Sequence record: OP595146.1
Origin: Escherichia phage vB_EcoM_DE17
Direction: 5' to 3' (one strand)
Length of the DNA stretch: 64,000 bases
Shown here: positions 29,515-38,185 of the stretch, piece by piece
Layout: the number at the start of each line of letters is the position of its first letter
How positions within the stretch are numbered: the first letter of the stretch is position 1
The notes under the pieces: model-generated
Told to the model about the DNA's origin: nothing
Database searches by the model: none
What the model saw: only the letters and a program-made list of their open reading frames with translations
Translations under genes and position numbers: made by a program

Positions 29515-29714
29515 CTGTAGAAGATAAATTTAAGAACGCAGTTCTTACAGAAGATGGTGAGCTTGAAACATTCATTCTTCGTGTTGATGGTAAGCTATTC
29601 CGGTGTCGTTGTGGGTCAAACTGTTTTCACAAACCTGATAACACAAAGTTAGACATATACGAGTGTAATAACTGTGGGGTAAGGTTCTTAGGTAAGATTA
29701 AGGATATGCAATGA
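29511..29714 (+). CDS. zinc-ribbon protein (paralogue of 30039..30230)
   Basis: FRCRCGSNCFHKPD...YECNNCG Cys4 pattern shared with paralogue. Confidence 0.5.
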   Translation: MTVEDKFKNAVLTEDGELETFILRVDGKLFRCRCGSNCFHKPDNTKLDIYECNNCGVRFLGKIKDMQ

Positions 29715-29977
29715 AGATAACTCAAGAAATGAAGGGATTGTATGAGAAAAGTCTGGTAATCCCTCCAAAGACTAATACTAAGAAATTACTATTTGACTCT
29801 TGGTTAGATAGCTCTACATATGGGAAGTACTACCTAAAGGTTATTTCATTTGGTGAAAGACCAGAATCACCAGAATTTTATGAGAGCTACATAAATGAGC
29901 AAGATAAAAAATGTTTATGTTTCTACGAAAAACACATGGAATTAGTAAATTCAATTAATCACGAAAGAGAGCTTTGA
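29711..29977 (+). CDS. hypothetical protein
   Basis: 88-aa ORF. Confidence 0.45.
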   Translation: MKITQEMKGLYEKSLVIPPKTNTKKLLFDSWLDSSTYGKYYLKVISFGERPESPEFYESYINEQDKKCLCFYEKHMELVNSINHEREL

Positions 29978-30038
29978 TGGTTGTGCTTGGCACTACTTCT
30001 ACTCAAAAGGTTGCATAGCTTGTGAGGCAAGAGATAAA

Positions 30039-30230
30039 ATGAACAAAGAAGATAAACATAAAAATGCTGTACGAACTCCTGATGGAAAGGTTCAATCCTT
30101 CATCCTTACAGTTGGTGGAAAGCCATTTCGTTGCCACTGCGGAGCAAACTGTTTTCATAAACCAGATAAAAATGACTTAGAGCTTTACGCATGTAATGCT
30201 TGCAATACTTGGTATCACTCAGAGGAATAA
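30039..30230 (+). CDS. zinc-ribbon protein (paralogue of 29511..29714)
   Basis: FRCHCGANCFHKPD...YACNACN; same N-terminal KHKNAV pattern. Confidence 0.5.
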   Translation: MNKEDKHKNAVRTPDGKVQSFILTVGGKPFRCHCGANCFHKPDKNDLELYACNACNTWYHSEE

Positions 30231-30231
30231 A

Positions 30232-31335
30232 ATGACAATTCTGTACAAACAAAATAAAGATAACTCTTTTAACGTCTGGTCATGCGTTGCTGTAGGTGAC
30301 AAAGTTATTACAACCTACGGTAAAGAAAATGGCAAGATGATGTTTGAAGAGTATACAGCAGAACCTAAAAACATCGGTAAAAAGAACGAGCGTAACGCTG
30401 AACAGCAAGCTCTCTTTGAAGTCGCTGCTAAGTATAAAAAGCAAGTTGACCGCAAAGGTTATGCTTACACAAAAGAATCTGCACAGAATACTGAGAAGGT
30501 AGGTGTGCAGCTTGCTCATGATGCTGCAAAGGTTAGTCATGCAAAGTATCTGAAGTTCCCTGCTGATGCTCAACCGAAACTTGATGGTGTCCGTTGTAGG
30601 ATTTCAAGGCACTTAAGTATTGGCAGTGTATTCACAGCATACTCTCGTGAAAATACTGTTTACAAAATCCCTACTGAACTAATACCTGATATTATGGCAA
30701 TGTTAAGGCTCCACAAAGATGTTGATGAATTTGATGGAGAGATTTATGCTCATGGGTGGGACTTAGAAGATATTGTCTCTATGATTAAAAATGAAGACAA
30801 TCCTGACCGTCATCTACTTAAGTTTTACTGGTATGATATCTGTGACAGTACTAAGACGTGGCCTGAGCGTAGAGATATTATTGAGACTTCACCATTGAAT
30901 GACTTTAGAGACGGCTGTAAAGTTGTTCCTGTTAAGTCTCGTCGTGTAAATTCTTGGGAAGAGTTTGATGAAGCTCATGATAAGTGGGTTGAAGCTAAGT
31001 TTGAAGGTGCAATGTACCGTTCAATCTCTGAAGACTCCTTCTATGAGTGCTGTCACCGTTCATACTTCTTGATTAAGCACAAGAAGATGCACACTGAAGA
31101 GTTTAAAGTGACTGGTGTAAAGACTGATAAGCGTGGTCATGGCAAGTTCGTTGTAGAGACTCTTCCTAACGTCTTTGTAGATGTCTCATGGAAGACTACT
31201 CATGAGAAGAAACAGTATCTTGCTGAGCATCCTGAAGAGTTTATTGGGAAGCCTTTAACGGTTCAGTTCCAGAAGATGACTCGTAAGGGTTCTTTACAGT
31301 TCCCTGTTGGGCTAGTTATCAGGGATTACGAATAA
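30232..31335 (+). CDS. ATP-dependent DNA ligase
   Basis: Adenylation motif I KLDGVR; size typical of small phage ligases; start at ATG 30232. Confidence 0.75.
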   Translation: MTILYKQNKDNSFNVWSCVAVGDKVITTYGKENGKMMFEEYTAEPKNIGKKNERNAEQQALFEVAAKYKKQVDRKGYAYTKESAQNTEKVGVQLAHDAAKVSHAKYLKFPADAQPKLDGVRCRISRHLSIGSVFTAYSRENTVYKIPTELIPDIMAMLRLHKDVDEFDGEIYAHGWDLEDIVSMIKNEDNPDRHLLKFYWYDICDSTKTWPERRDIIETSPLNDFRDGCKVVPVKSRRVNSWEEFDEAHDKWVEAKFEGAMYRSISEDSFYECCHRSYFLIKHKKMHTEEFKVTGVKTDKRGHGKFVVETLPNVFVDVSWKTTHEKKQYLAEHPEEFIGKPLTVQFQKMTRKGSLQFPVGLVIRDYE

Positions 31336-31341
31336 AAGTTG

Positions 31342-31369
31342 TTGACATAGAAAATTTGGTGAGTATACT
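31342..31369 (+). promoter_or_regulatory. strong sigma70-like promoter
   Basis: TTGACA-N16-TATACT on plus strand right after ligase stop; -10 overlaps inverted repeat ggtgagta...tactcacc. Confidence 0.55.
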
Positions 31370-31543
31370 GAGCAGCATAAACTAACAGGTACTCACCAGC
31401 ATCACTTAAGAGTCTTTTAAGAGGGTTTTAAGTAATGTATTGCACGGCAAGGCGATGTGAAGTCTGGTTTTGCATGGTGTGGTCTGGTATGGAAGGATGG
31501 CAGTAGCCTTATAAAAAATCTGCCAAATAAGCTATAAAATCTG

Positions 31544-31572
31544 TTGACAAGTCAGGTGTTATAGCTTATTTT
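31544..31572 (+). promoter_or_regulatory. sigma70-like promoter upstream of secreted-protein gene
   Basis: TTGACA-N17-TATTTT about 45 nt upstream of ATG 31617. Confidence 0.45.
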
Positions 31573-31616
31573 TATGCTCAATGTAATACAAAATTTAATA
31601 TAACTTTGAGGTCATT

Positions 31617-32000
31617 ATGAAAAAGATTTTATTAGCTGCTGCAATGGTTATGTCAATGAATTTACCAGTCAATGCAACAGAACTCCCAAATGTGGACTTA
31701 TCAGGTGTTCCAGAAGACACTTGTCAGATTGTTAAAGGTGTTGCTTTGACTAATGGTGAGTTACTTAAACCAATCTCTGAAGAGTCTTTAACAGAGATGA
31801 CTGATAAGGTAACTGACTATCAGTATCGTGTTCTTGCAGAGTATTTCCTGCAATCTGCAAATATTAAAGAGAAGCACCCTGATGATATTGATGTACAGGC
31901 TATGCTCAATCATCGTATTCAGTTTAAAGAAGATTTGATGCAAAAAGCTATGTATGGTGTTGAGTATTTCTTAGAAAACAGAAGCTGCACAGGTATTTGA
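31617..32000 (+). CDS. secreted/periplasmic protein with cleavable signal peptide
   Basis: MKKILLAAAMVMSMNLPVNA then TE: classic Sec signal; two Cys in mature part; preceded by strong promoters. Confidence 0.55.
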   Translation: MKKILLAAAMVMSMNLPVNATELPNVDLSGVPEDTCQIVKGVALTNGELLKPISEESLTEMTDKVTDYQYRVLAEYFLQSANIKEKHPDDIDVQAMLNHRIQFKEDLMQKAMYGVEYFLENRSCTGI

Positions 32001-32001
32001 T

Positions 32002-32214
32002 ATGGCTCTTAAAAAGTTACATCCTAGAAGTGGTTATGGTAAGATAATTGATGATACAGACGGCTTTACAGTCTTTACAGTTATCTGTCAAGATGATTCA
32101 CAGATTGAAAAGGCTCTTGATGATTATCTTAACGATGAACGTGAAAAGGTTAGGGCTACAAACATAGATTCATTGATTGACACTTCACGCAAACGGAAGA
32201 AGAAAGATGAATGA
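32002..32214 (+). CDS. hypothetical protein
   Basis: 70 aa, basic C-terminus. Confidence 0.45.
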   Translation: MALKKLHPRSGYGKIIDDTDGFTVFTVICQDDSQIEKALDDYLNDEREKVRATNIDSLIDTSRKRKKKDE

Positions 32215-32506
32215 GACTTTTGACCCTTATGCTCCACAAGATGATTGGGAGGCTGACAGAGAGGTTGAAATGGAGAGTTATATTTGTCCAATGGATGTAG
32301 ACGAAATGAGAGATTTCGTTGCACATCGTTTTAAGAGAGAGATTAAATCCAGAGGTCTTTCTCAAGAGCAAGTTGCTAAAATTTGTGGTATCTCTCAGGC
32401 TCGCGTATCCAACATAATCCACCTCACTGGTAATGTCTCCCTTGAGTATATGTTGGAAGTATGCGAAAAATTTGGTGTTAATTTTAATTTAAGGCTGGCA
32501 GATTAA
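32207..32506 (+). CDS. helix-turn-helix DNA-binding protein (XRE-like)
   Basis: LSQEQVAKICGISQARVSNI is a classic HTH; start at ATG 32207 overlapping upstream gene. Confidence 0.55.
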   Translation: MNETFDPYAPQDDWEADREVEMESYICPMDVDEMRDFVAHRFKREIKSRGLSQEQVAKICGISQARVSNIIHLTGNVSLEYMLEVCEKFGVNFNLRLAD

Positions 32507-32507
32507 T

Positions 32508-32867
32508 ATGAAACGTGAAAATATTATCCACTCTGAAAACTTCGCATTAGGCTTTTATGGTGTACCTACTCACCTTGAAAAGTATTATGGTGTGAAGATT
32601 CTTTCCAATCTCATTATTGCTTATAAAGATGGTAAGATTAAGCATACTGAGAAGAAACGTGTCATGGGTTATATGGCTGTAGGTTCAGCAATCTCAAACA
32701 TTAAGCTGGAAACAACTAGTAGCCAGATTGTAAAAGACCACTTCATCAAAGAGCTTTACCACAATCTTGATGGTGTAGCTGTTCAGGCTGTTTGGCTGGA
32801 TGTTGATGGTCACAATTACACAAGCTTCGTTTTCAAAAATGATGACATTAAGTGTCTGTTCCCATAA
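32508..32867 (+). CDS. hypothetical protein
   Basis: 119-aa ORF. Confidence 0.5.
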   Translation: MKRENIIHSENFALGFYGVPTHLEKYYGVKILSNLIIAYKDGKIKHTEKKRVMGYMAVGSAISNIKLETTSSQIVKDHFIKELYHNLDGVAVQAVWLDVDGHNYTSFVFKNDDIKCLFP

Positions 32868-32880
32868 TAGGTGATTAACT

Positions 32881-33396
32881 ATGATTGATGTCTACTTACA
32901 AGATGCTCATGCAGATTTCCTTAAAGTGATGCTTAAAAAGTTTATGGCTTCACAGTGTGAGAATGAAGCATCTTTTAAAATAGTTACATGTGGCGATGAA
33001 GCTGGTTTTGTTGAGATTGAACATGAAGGTACTGGAAAGATTGTTTGTAAGTTACCTGATAGTATGTTCTCTAACACATTCTTAACAAAGACTAGTATAA
33101 ATGTTAAGCTTGTACCTCAGATTGAAACATACTCTGGTACAGATTACCCTAAAGGTTTTAAGTCACTGATGAAGTACTTCTTAGATGACTTTGTGAGTAA
33201 TCTTCTGAGAGAGGTAAAAGAAAGTCGTACAGTGTTGACTGTAGAGAACATGGGAGGAACTATCAGGGTTACTTCTGACTGTTTTGTTATGAGCCTCTTC
33301 GACTTCGTTCCTAAGAACTTTGATGGTATTCTGGATGAAGAAGATGACTGTGTAGATTTTATATTGGTTCTTGAACCAGTTTTTGAGGTTAAATAA
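32881..33396 (+). CDS. hypothetical protein
   Basis: 171-aa ORF. Confidence 0.5.
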   Translation: MIDVYLQDAHADFLKVMLKKFMASQCENEASFKIVTCGDEAGFVEIEHEGTGKIVCKLPDSMFSNTFLTKTSINVKLVPQIETYSGTDYPKGFKSLMKYFLDDFVSNLLREVKESRTVLTVENMGGTIRVTSDCFVMSLFDFVPKNFDGILDEEDDCVDFILVLEPVFEVK

Positions 33397-33657
33397 ATGA
33401 AAATTGAACACTGCTATGAGTCTGACGGAGCACCTATCCGTTGTCCACATTGTGGATGCACAGACTTACAAGGTGAGGTAAGTGAAATAGTCAACGGTCA
33501 TATTGCTGAAGAGAGTACAAGGTGTACAGGGTGTAGTGAAGTTATTGCTTTCTGGGCTTATGGTTCATACCAGCCTACGCCACACTTAATCTACCATAGC
33601 AATAAAGCTGTGAAGAATGTTATCAACTGGTTCATTAAGAAAGGGTTTACAAAATGA
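33397..33657 (+). CDS. zinc-ribbon protein
   Basis: CPHCGC ... CTGC Cys4 pattern. Confidence 0.5.
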   Translation: MKIEHCYESDGAPIRCPHCGCTDLQGEVSEIVNGHIAEESTRCTGCSEVIAFWAYGSYQPTPHLIYHSNKAVKNVINWFIKKGFTK

Positions 33658-34199
33658 TTAAATTAATCTTTGCAAGTGGTGAAAATGGTGAGTTTGGTAC
33701 TCCAACTGGTATGCCGTGGCCTCGACATAAACAGGACATGCAAGAGTTTAAGAGACTCACTAAAAACAACTTAGTAGTGATGGGTAATGAGACTTTCAAG
33801 ACTCTGGGGAGTAAACCTTTACCAGAACGTGCAAACCTAATCTTAACAAATTCTGTACCATACTTAGGCATAGACTTTGGCAAAGATGAGGTAATGTATG
33901 CTAAGGCCAGCAAAGAATCCTTTGGAGCATTTTTGAACTATCTTGATAGCTCTATTGATGAAGATGTCTTTGTAATTGGTGGTGCAGGTGTCCTTGTCAA
34001 TGCTTTACCATATGCTGGTGTAGTTTTCCATACAGTTTTCCATAAAGTTACTGAAGAGGCCACTGTGTATTTACCTTTTGAAAACTTTTTTGAGAAGTTG
34101 TATGATAACCGTGTATTTACAAAGGTACAGTCAAAACCATCAGAGGATGGTAAAGCAACCTTTGAAATTTATGTTCCACAAGTAAAAGGGCACTTTTGA
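33654..34199 (+). CDS. folA: dihydrofolate reductase
   Basis: N-terminal IFASGENGEFG...MPWP and overall DHFR pattern; immediately upstream of thymidylate synthase. Confidence 0.8.
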   Translation: MIKLIFASGENGEFGTPTGMPWPRHKQDMQEFKRLTKNNLVVMGNETFKTLGSKPLPERANLILTNSVPYLGIDFGKDEVMYAKASKESFGAFLNYLDSSIDEDVFVIGGAGVLVNALPYAGVVFHTVFHKVTEEATVYLPFENFFEKLYDNRVFTKVQSKPSEDGKATFEIYVPQVKGHF

Positions 34200-34200
34200 T

Positions 34201-35100
34201 ATGTCACAAGCAGATACAAGTTACAAAAATATCCTGAACCATGTTTTATCAGTTGGTGAACTGCGTACTACACGAACTGGAGATGTTATCTCTGCTTTTG
34301 CTCCACCTCAGTTTCGATTTGATATGCGAACTGGTTTCCCGCTCTTAACATCTAAACAGGTGTTTACACGGCAAGTTATCGGGGAAGCTTTATGGTTCCT
34401 GAATGGTGAGAATAAGCTGGGTGAACTCCGTTACCGCACTTGGGGTGAAAATGATGGGGAACGCTGGACTATCTGGTCAGATGATTTTAAACGCTGGTTA
34501 AGCTCTAATTATTCTTCTGAACAAGATTGGTTAGAGGATGCAGGTGGAAGAATCTATGGGGTGCAGTGGAGAAACTTTGAAGGTCATAACGGTTGTGTTG
34601 TAGACCAGTTAGAGACCTTAGTAACGAAGATGAAGGGTGATATCACAGACCGTTACATGCTTGTTAATGCTTGGAATGCAGCAGATATTGCAGCAAACTC
34701 AATGGCTTTAGCACCTTGTCATGTTCTGTTTCAGATTTATATCACTAATGAGGGTGAAGTTGACTTACAATGGTATCAGCGTTCAGTGGACACCTTCTTA
34801 GGACTTCCGTTTAATATTGCATCTTACGGTTTTATTCTGGAAGTTCTTTGTAAGATGACTGGATACACTCCACGGTACTTGATAGGTGTCTTTGGAGATA
34901 CTCAGATTTATCAGAACCATATGAAGCAGGTTTATGAACTGATGAACAATGAAGAGTTCCATGCACCAACTTTTGAGATTGGTATCCCACTTAACACTTT
35001 AAGTGACTTAAAACATCTTACAGCAAGTGATTTTATTGGTGGGATTAATAACTACCAACATGCAGGTAAGATTGAAGCACCTCTGTCAGTAGGCAAGTAA
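34201..35100 (+). CDS. thyA: thymidylate synthase
   Basis: ThyA signatures including catalytic-Cys region ALAPCHVLFQ; uninterrupted, no intron. Confidence 0.9.
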   Translation: MSQADTSYKNILNHVLSVGELRTTRTGDVISAFAPPQFRFDMRTGFPLLTSKQVFTRQVIGEALWFLNGENKLGELRYRTWGENDGERWTIWSDDFKRWLSSNYSSEQDWLEDAGGRIYGVQWRNFEGHNGCVVDQLETLVTKMKGDITDRYMLVNAWNAADIAANSMALAPCHVLFQIYITNEGEVDLQWYQRSVDTFLGLPFNIASYGFILEVLCKMTGYTPRYLIGVFGDTQIYQNHMKQVYELMNNEEFHAPTFEIGIPLNTLSDLKHLTASDFIGGINNYQHAGKIEAPLSVGK

Positions 35101-35109
35101 AACAAAAAA

Positions 35110-35129
35110 GGCTCCCGTAAAAAGGAGCC
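35110..35129. terminator. bidirectional intrinsic terminator at convergent gene junction
   Basis: GGCTCC-cgtaaaaa-GGAGCC flanked by an A-run on one side and a T-run on the other, so U-tracts on both strands; between thyA (+) and the membrane coiled-coil gene (-). Confidence 0.65.
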
Positions 35130-35136
35130 TTAAATT

Positions 35137-35508
35137 TTATTTTTCAGTATTCTTTGTGTTCTTTTCAGTAATAGCTTGCAAGGCTGATACTGATTGAGCC
35201 AGATTGTTCACACTGTCAGAGAATTTATCAAGAGTCTTAGTAAGTTTTGCATTCTCACCCTTAACATTCTCTAACTGAACTTTCTGGTTCTCCATCCCTA
35301 GCTGAATCAGTCTCATGTCAGACTGTAAATCACGAATAGCTGAGTAATTACTTTTGGAATAATTATCTAACTGCTGTAACTTTGTTGTGACAGAAACTTC
35401 TTGTTTACCACTTGAAACTTGCATGGTGGTATACATCCCAATAACACTAAAAATACCAACTACAATTGCACCAATATTATTTTTAAAAGCTTCCTCTAGC
35501 CACTTCAT
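35137..35508 (-). CDS. membrane-anchored coiled-coil protein (i-spanin-like architecture)
   Basis: N-terminal TM helix then about 90 aa of coiled-coil-like sequence. Confidence 0.5.
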   Translation of the reverse strand: MKWLEEAFKNNIGAIVVGIFSVIGMYTTMQVSSGKQEVSVTTKLQQLDNYSKSNYSAIRDLQSDMRLIQLGMENQKVQLENVKGENAKLTKTLDKFSDSVNNLAQSVSALQAITEKNTKNTEK

Positions 35509-35702
35509 TTATTCTCCCCCTTAAAAGCTTTTTCTAAGTTATCTACGAACTCATCATCAATAGGTGTGTCTGTTTTACTCGCAAGATATCTTGCAAGCTT
35601 AAAGAACACTTTCTCAATCATGTATTCACTTAGAAGGGATAAAATGAGTTTCCAGAAGAAGCTACCTAGATTTTTTAGAAGAATTGCTAGGATTGTAGGC
35701 AT
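35505..35702 (-). CDS. small membrane protein
   Basis: 65 aa with N-terminal hydrophobic helix. Confidence 0.45.
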   Translation of the reverse strand: MPTILAILLKNLGSFFWKLILSLLSEYMIEKVFFKLARYLASKTDTPIDDEFVDNLEKAFKGENK

Positions 35703-35781
35703 TTAATCACCTCATCAGCCAAGATGGTGAGAATACCCATAAAGAATATTAACACCATCTTAACAATCAGTCAACAAGTGA

Positions 35782-38139
35782 TTAAGCAGTTCTTACCCAA
35801 GCCATTAACTTGTAGAACTGGTTTGTAACACTAAATGCTGAACCAGAACCAGTACCACCTGTGTTACCGCTAACTGTGTGGCTGTGAGCACCAATACCAA
35901 CAGTGTGGCTGTGGTTACCTGTTGTATTCGTTACACCAGACCAAGTTCTTGACGCATTAAAGTTAGCAGGGATACCATAAGTGAAGTTAGAGCCAGTAAA
36001 ACCCTTAGAAGCAGTTGAGCTACCAAGTGTAAATGCACCACTTGCTGTGTAGAAGCTGCTAGAGTCACTTCTAAAGTAACCTACTGTACCAGTAATCTCC
36101 ATAGTACCTCTGTTATGGTTATGGTTACCAGTTGTGCTAGAAGTCTTAGTGCCATAATCAAATGATGAAGTGGTAGCAGAGAAGCTATGCGTGTGTGAAG
36201 GTAAGTTGCCAACAGATAACGTTACAGAGTCTGAACCACCAGTTGTAGCAACATCTGAGCCATTTGCTGCTGCAATTCGGATAGTTCTACCAACACCATT
36301 GTTCAGGTACGTCCAAGTTAGACCAGGAAGTGCTGTATTAGGGTTAACATTGCTGTTAAACCATGTCACAATACCCACTGGGTAGATTTTATTCAGGTCT
36401 GTAGAGTCACTTACTGCTTCTGCAATTCTCTGGTCAGTTTCAGCTTTAGTATATGCACCAATTTCTGAAGGGGTTGGTTTCTGAGCTTCAGTGTAAACCT
36501 TAGACCATTCAGCCTCAAAACCAGACCTATCTCTGGCTGTTCTATACCACATCCCACCATTTCTATAATCAAACCTTAATTGCGCAGTTGGTGTTGATGC
36601 TAACATATTAGCGAATAGGTGTAAGACTAAACGGCTTGAACCACCACCCTTGATAGTCTCTACATAAATTCCTGAAGGTTGGTTCCAAGCCACACCACCA
36701 TCAGACTCCTCCACCAAAGCTCTGGCTGATGACCATAAGTACTTTGCATCGGTTGCAGATTTAACGTAGTATCTAGCATCTAAGTTAGAGAAATCCGAAG
36801 GTTGAACTTGACCCGTGATTGCTAAAGTTGCATTCATTTCAAATACTGAACCAATGCTAAGCCCTTTACCTGTCTTGTAGTTAAACACATTTAAGATATC
36901 ACTGGCATCACCATTACCAATATACCACTTGCTGGTTCCATCAACAGCCTTTCCCCTAATGAATAAGGACGTTGCAGTTTTTGCTCGTAACGCGAGAGCT
37001 TCTCCATCAGAGTTGATAACCTGTTGTGCAGAGAATGTATTAGCAGCATTAGTTCTTGCAATCGTACTTAATGTTGCTGCCGGAATATATCTAGAGTCAA
37101 TATTAGCCCAATCTGAAGGTTGGACTTGTCCAGTGATTTGCACAGTCTTATTGATACCAATAGTAGTACCTAGTGAAATCTGTGAACCTGTAAGGTAGTT
37201 ATAAATGTTTAGACGTGTCTCGTCAGAATCTGTACCAACATACCATTTATTTGTTCCATCAGACTTCTTACCGAGAATGTAAAGTGCTGTACTTGCATCA
37301 GTATTCTGTAAAGTAATAGCATTAGCATTCTTCTTAGCAACAAGGTTAGTGAAAGTGTTAGCACCTGTAAAAGTATTATTGCCAGCTAACTGTGCAAATC
37401 TCTGATTAGCAACTGTCTGAGTAAAGTATCTGGCATCTAAGTTAGAGAAATCTGAAGGTTGAACTTGACCAGTGATTCTAAGTGACTTGTTAAATGCTGC
37501 TGTTGCATCAAGGGTTAACATTGCACCAGTAGCATGATTGTACAAATAAACATTAGTACTATTTGCATTTCCCTGTCCAACATACCAAGTTTGCTGGTTA
37601 TTAGCATCTCTACCTTGAATATATGAAGCACCTGCATTGGTTGCCTTCTTAAGAGTTAACTGCTCACCATCAGTTACAATTGCTTGCCTGATACTGAAGT
37701 TATTTGTAACAGCAATCCTTGCATATCTTGCATCATTCTCTTCATTAGTTCTCATACCAAGCTCATTAGGGCTTGGTTTATTCAAAGTATGATAAACAGT
37801 TGCCGACCTTGTGGCATCTGCAATAGTGAGTTTAAGCCCATTTGAGTTAATTTTAAAAGTCTTTAAAATATCCCCAATAGTAATCTCAGAAGAGCCTGTT
37901 GGGTCAAATACTGCCTTACCACCGTAAAGTAACTTGACAATACCTAAATCCCCAACCATAGTACTCCCAGCAATCTGAACAAACCTTTCTAGTTTGAAGG
38001 AAGCTAAGAAGTCTTGATAGGTCATTCTACGGTCTTCGTCACCCAACATTTCAGGTCTTTTCTTAACTCTGATGTGCAATAGGTCTTCTGAACGAATTGT
38101 GTCGATTGAGTTTAATTGACTCAATTTGTAATCTGCCAT
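35782..38139 (-). CDS. tail fibre protein with His-x-His-rich C-terminal tip
   Basis: 785 aa; three internal repeats each ending ITGQVQPSD(F/W)xN(L/I)D(A/S)RY; C-terminus with HTHS, NHNHN, GNHSHTVGIGAHSHTV. Confidence 0.8.
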   Translation of the reverse strand: MADYKLSQLNSIDTIRSEDLLHIRVKKRPEMLGDEDRRMTYQDFLASFKLERFVQIAGSTMVGDLGIVKLLYGGKAVFDPTGSSEITIGDILKTFKINSNGLKLTIADATRSATVYHTLNKPSPNELGMRTNEENDARYARIAVTNNFSIRQAIVTDGEQLTLKKATNAGASYIQGRDANNQQTWYVGQGNANSTNVYLYNHATGAMLTLDATAAFNKSLRITGQVQPSDFSNLDARYFTQTVANQRFAQLAGNNTFTGANTFTNLVAKKNANAITLQNTDASTALYILGKKSDGTNKWYVGTDSDETRLNIYNYLTGSQISLGTTIGINKTVQITGQVQPSDWANIDSRYIPAATLSTIARTNAANTFSAQQVINSDGEALALRAKTATSLFIRGKAVDGTSKWYIGNGDASDILNVFNYKTGKGLSIGSVFEMNATLAITGQVQPSDFSNLDARYYVKSATDAKYLWSSARALVEESDGGVAWNQPSGIYVETIKGGGSSRLVLHLFANMLASTPTAQLRFDYRNGGMWYRTARDRSGFEAEWSKVYTEAQKPTPSEIGAYTKAETDQRIAEAVSDSTDLNKIYPVGIVTWFNSNVNPNTALPGLTWTYLNNGVGRTIRIAAANGSDVATTGGSDSVTLSVGNLPSHTHSFSATTSSFDYGTKTSSTTGNHNHNRGTMEITGTVGYFRSDSSSFYTASGAFTLGSSTASKGFTGSNFTYGIPANFNASRTWSGVTNTTGNHSHTVGIGAHSHTVSGNTGGTGSGSAFSVTNQFYKLMAWVRTA
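36771..37490 (-). repeat. three tandem about-340-bp repeat units inside the long tail-fibre gene
   Basis: Near-identical DNA segments at about 36771, 37091 and 37431 (tct.gcatctaagttagagaaatc.gaaggttgaacttgacc.gtgatt), each encoding ITGQVQPSDxxNxDxRY. Confidence 0.6.
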
Positions 38140-38159
38140 TATAAATTTTCCTCTTAAAA

Positions 38160-38175
38160 GGGGCTACAAAGCCCC
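38160..38175 (-). terminator. hairpin between the two tail-fibre genes
   Basis: GGGGC-tttgta-GCCCC followed on minus strand by TTTTAAGAGG then the RBS of the downstream fibre gene. Confidence 0.45.
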
Positions 38176-38185
38176 TGTAAAGAAA

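Noticed and set aside
34201-35100. Group I intron or intein in thyA, nrdA, nrdB or nrdD (as in T4)
   Set aside because: All four ORFs are continuous at expected lengths with no internal stop or insertion; the nuclease genes are free-standing.
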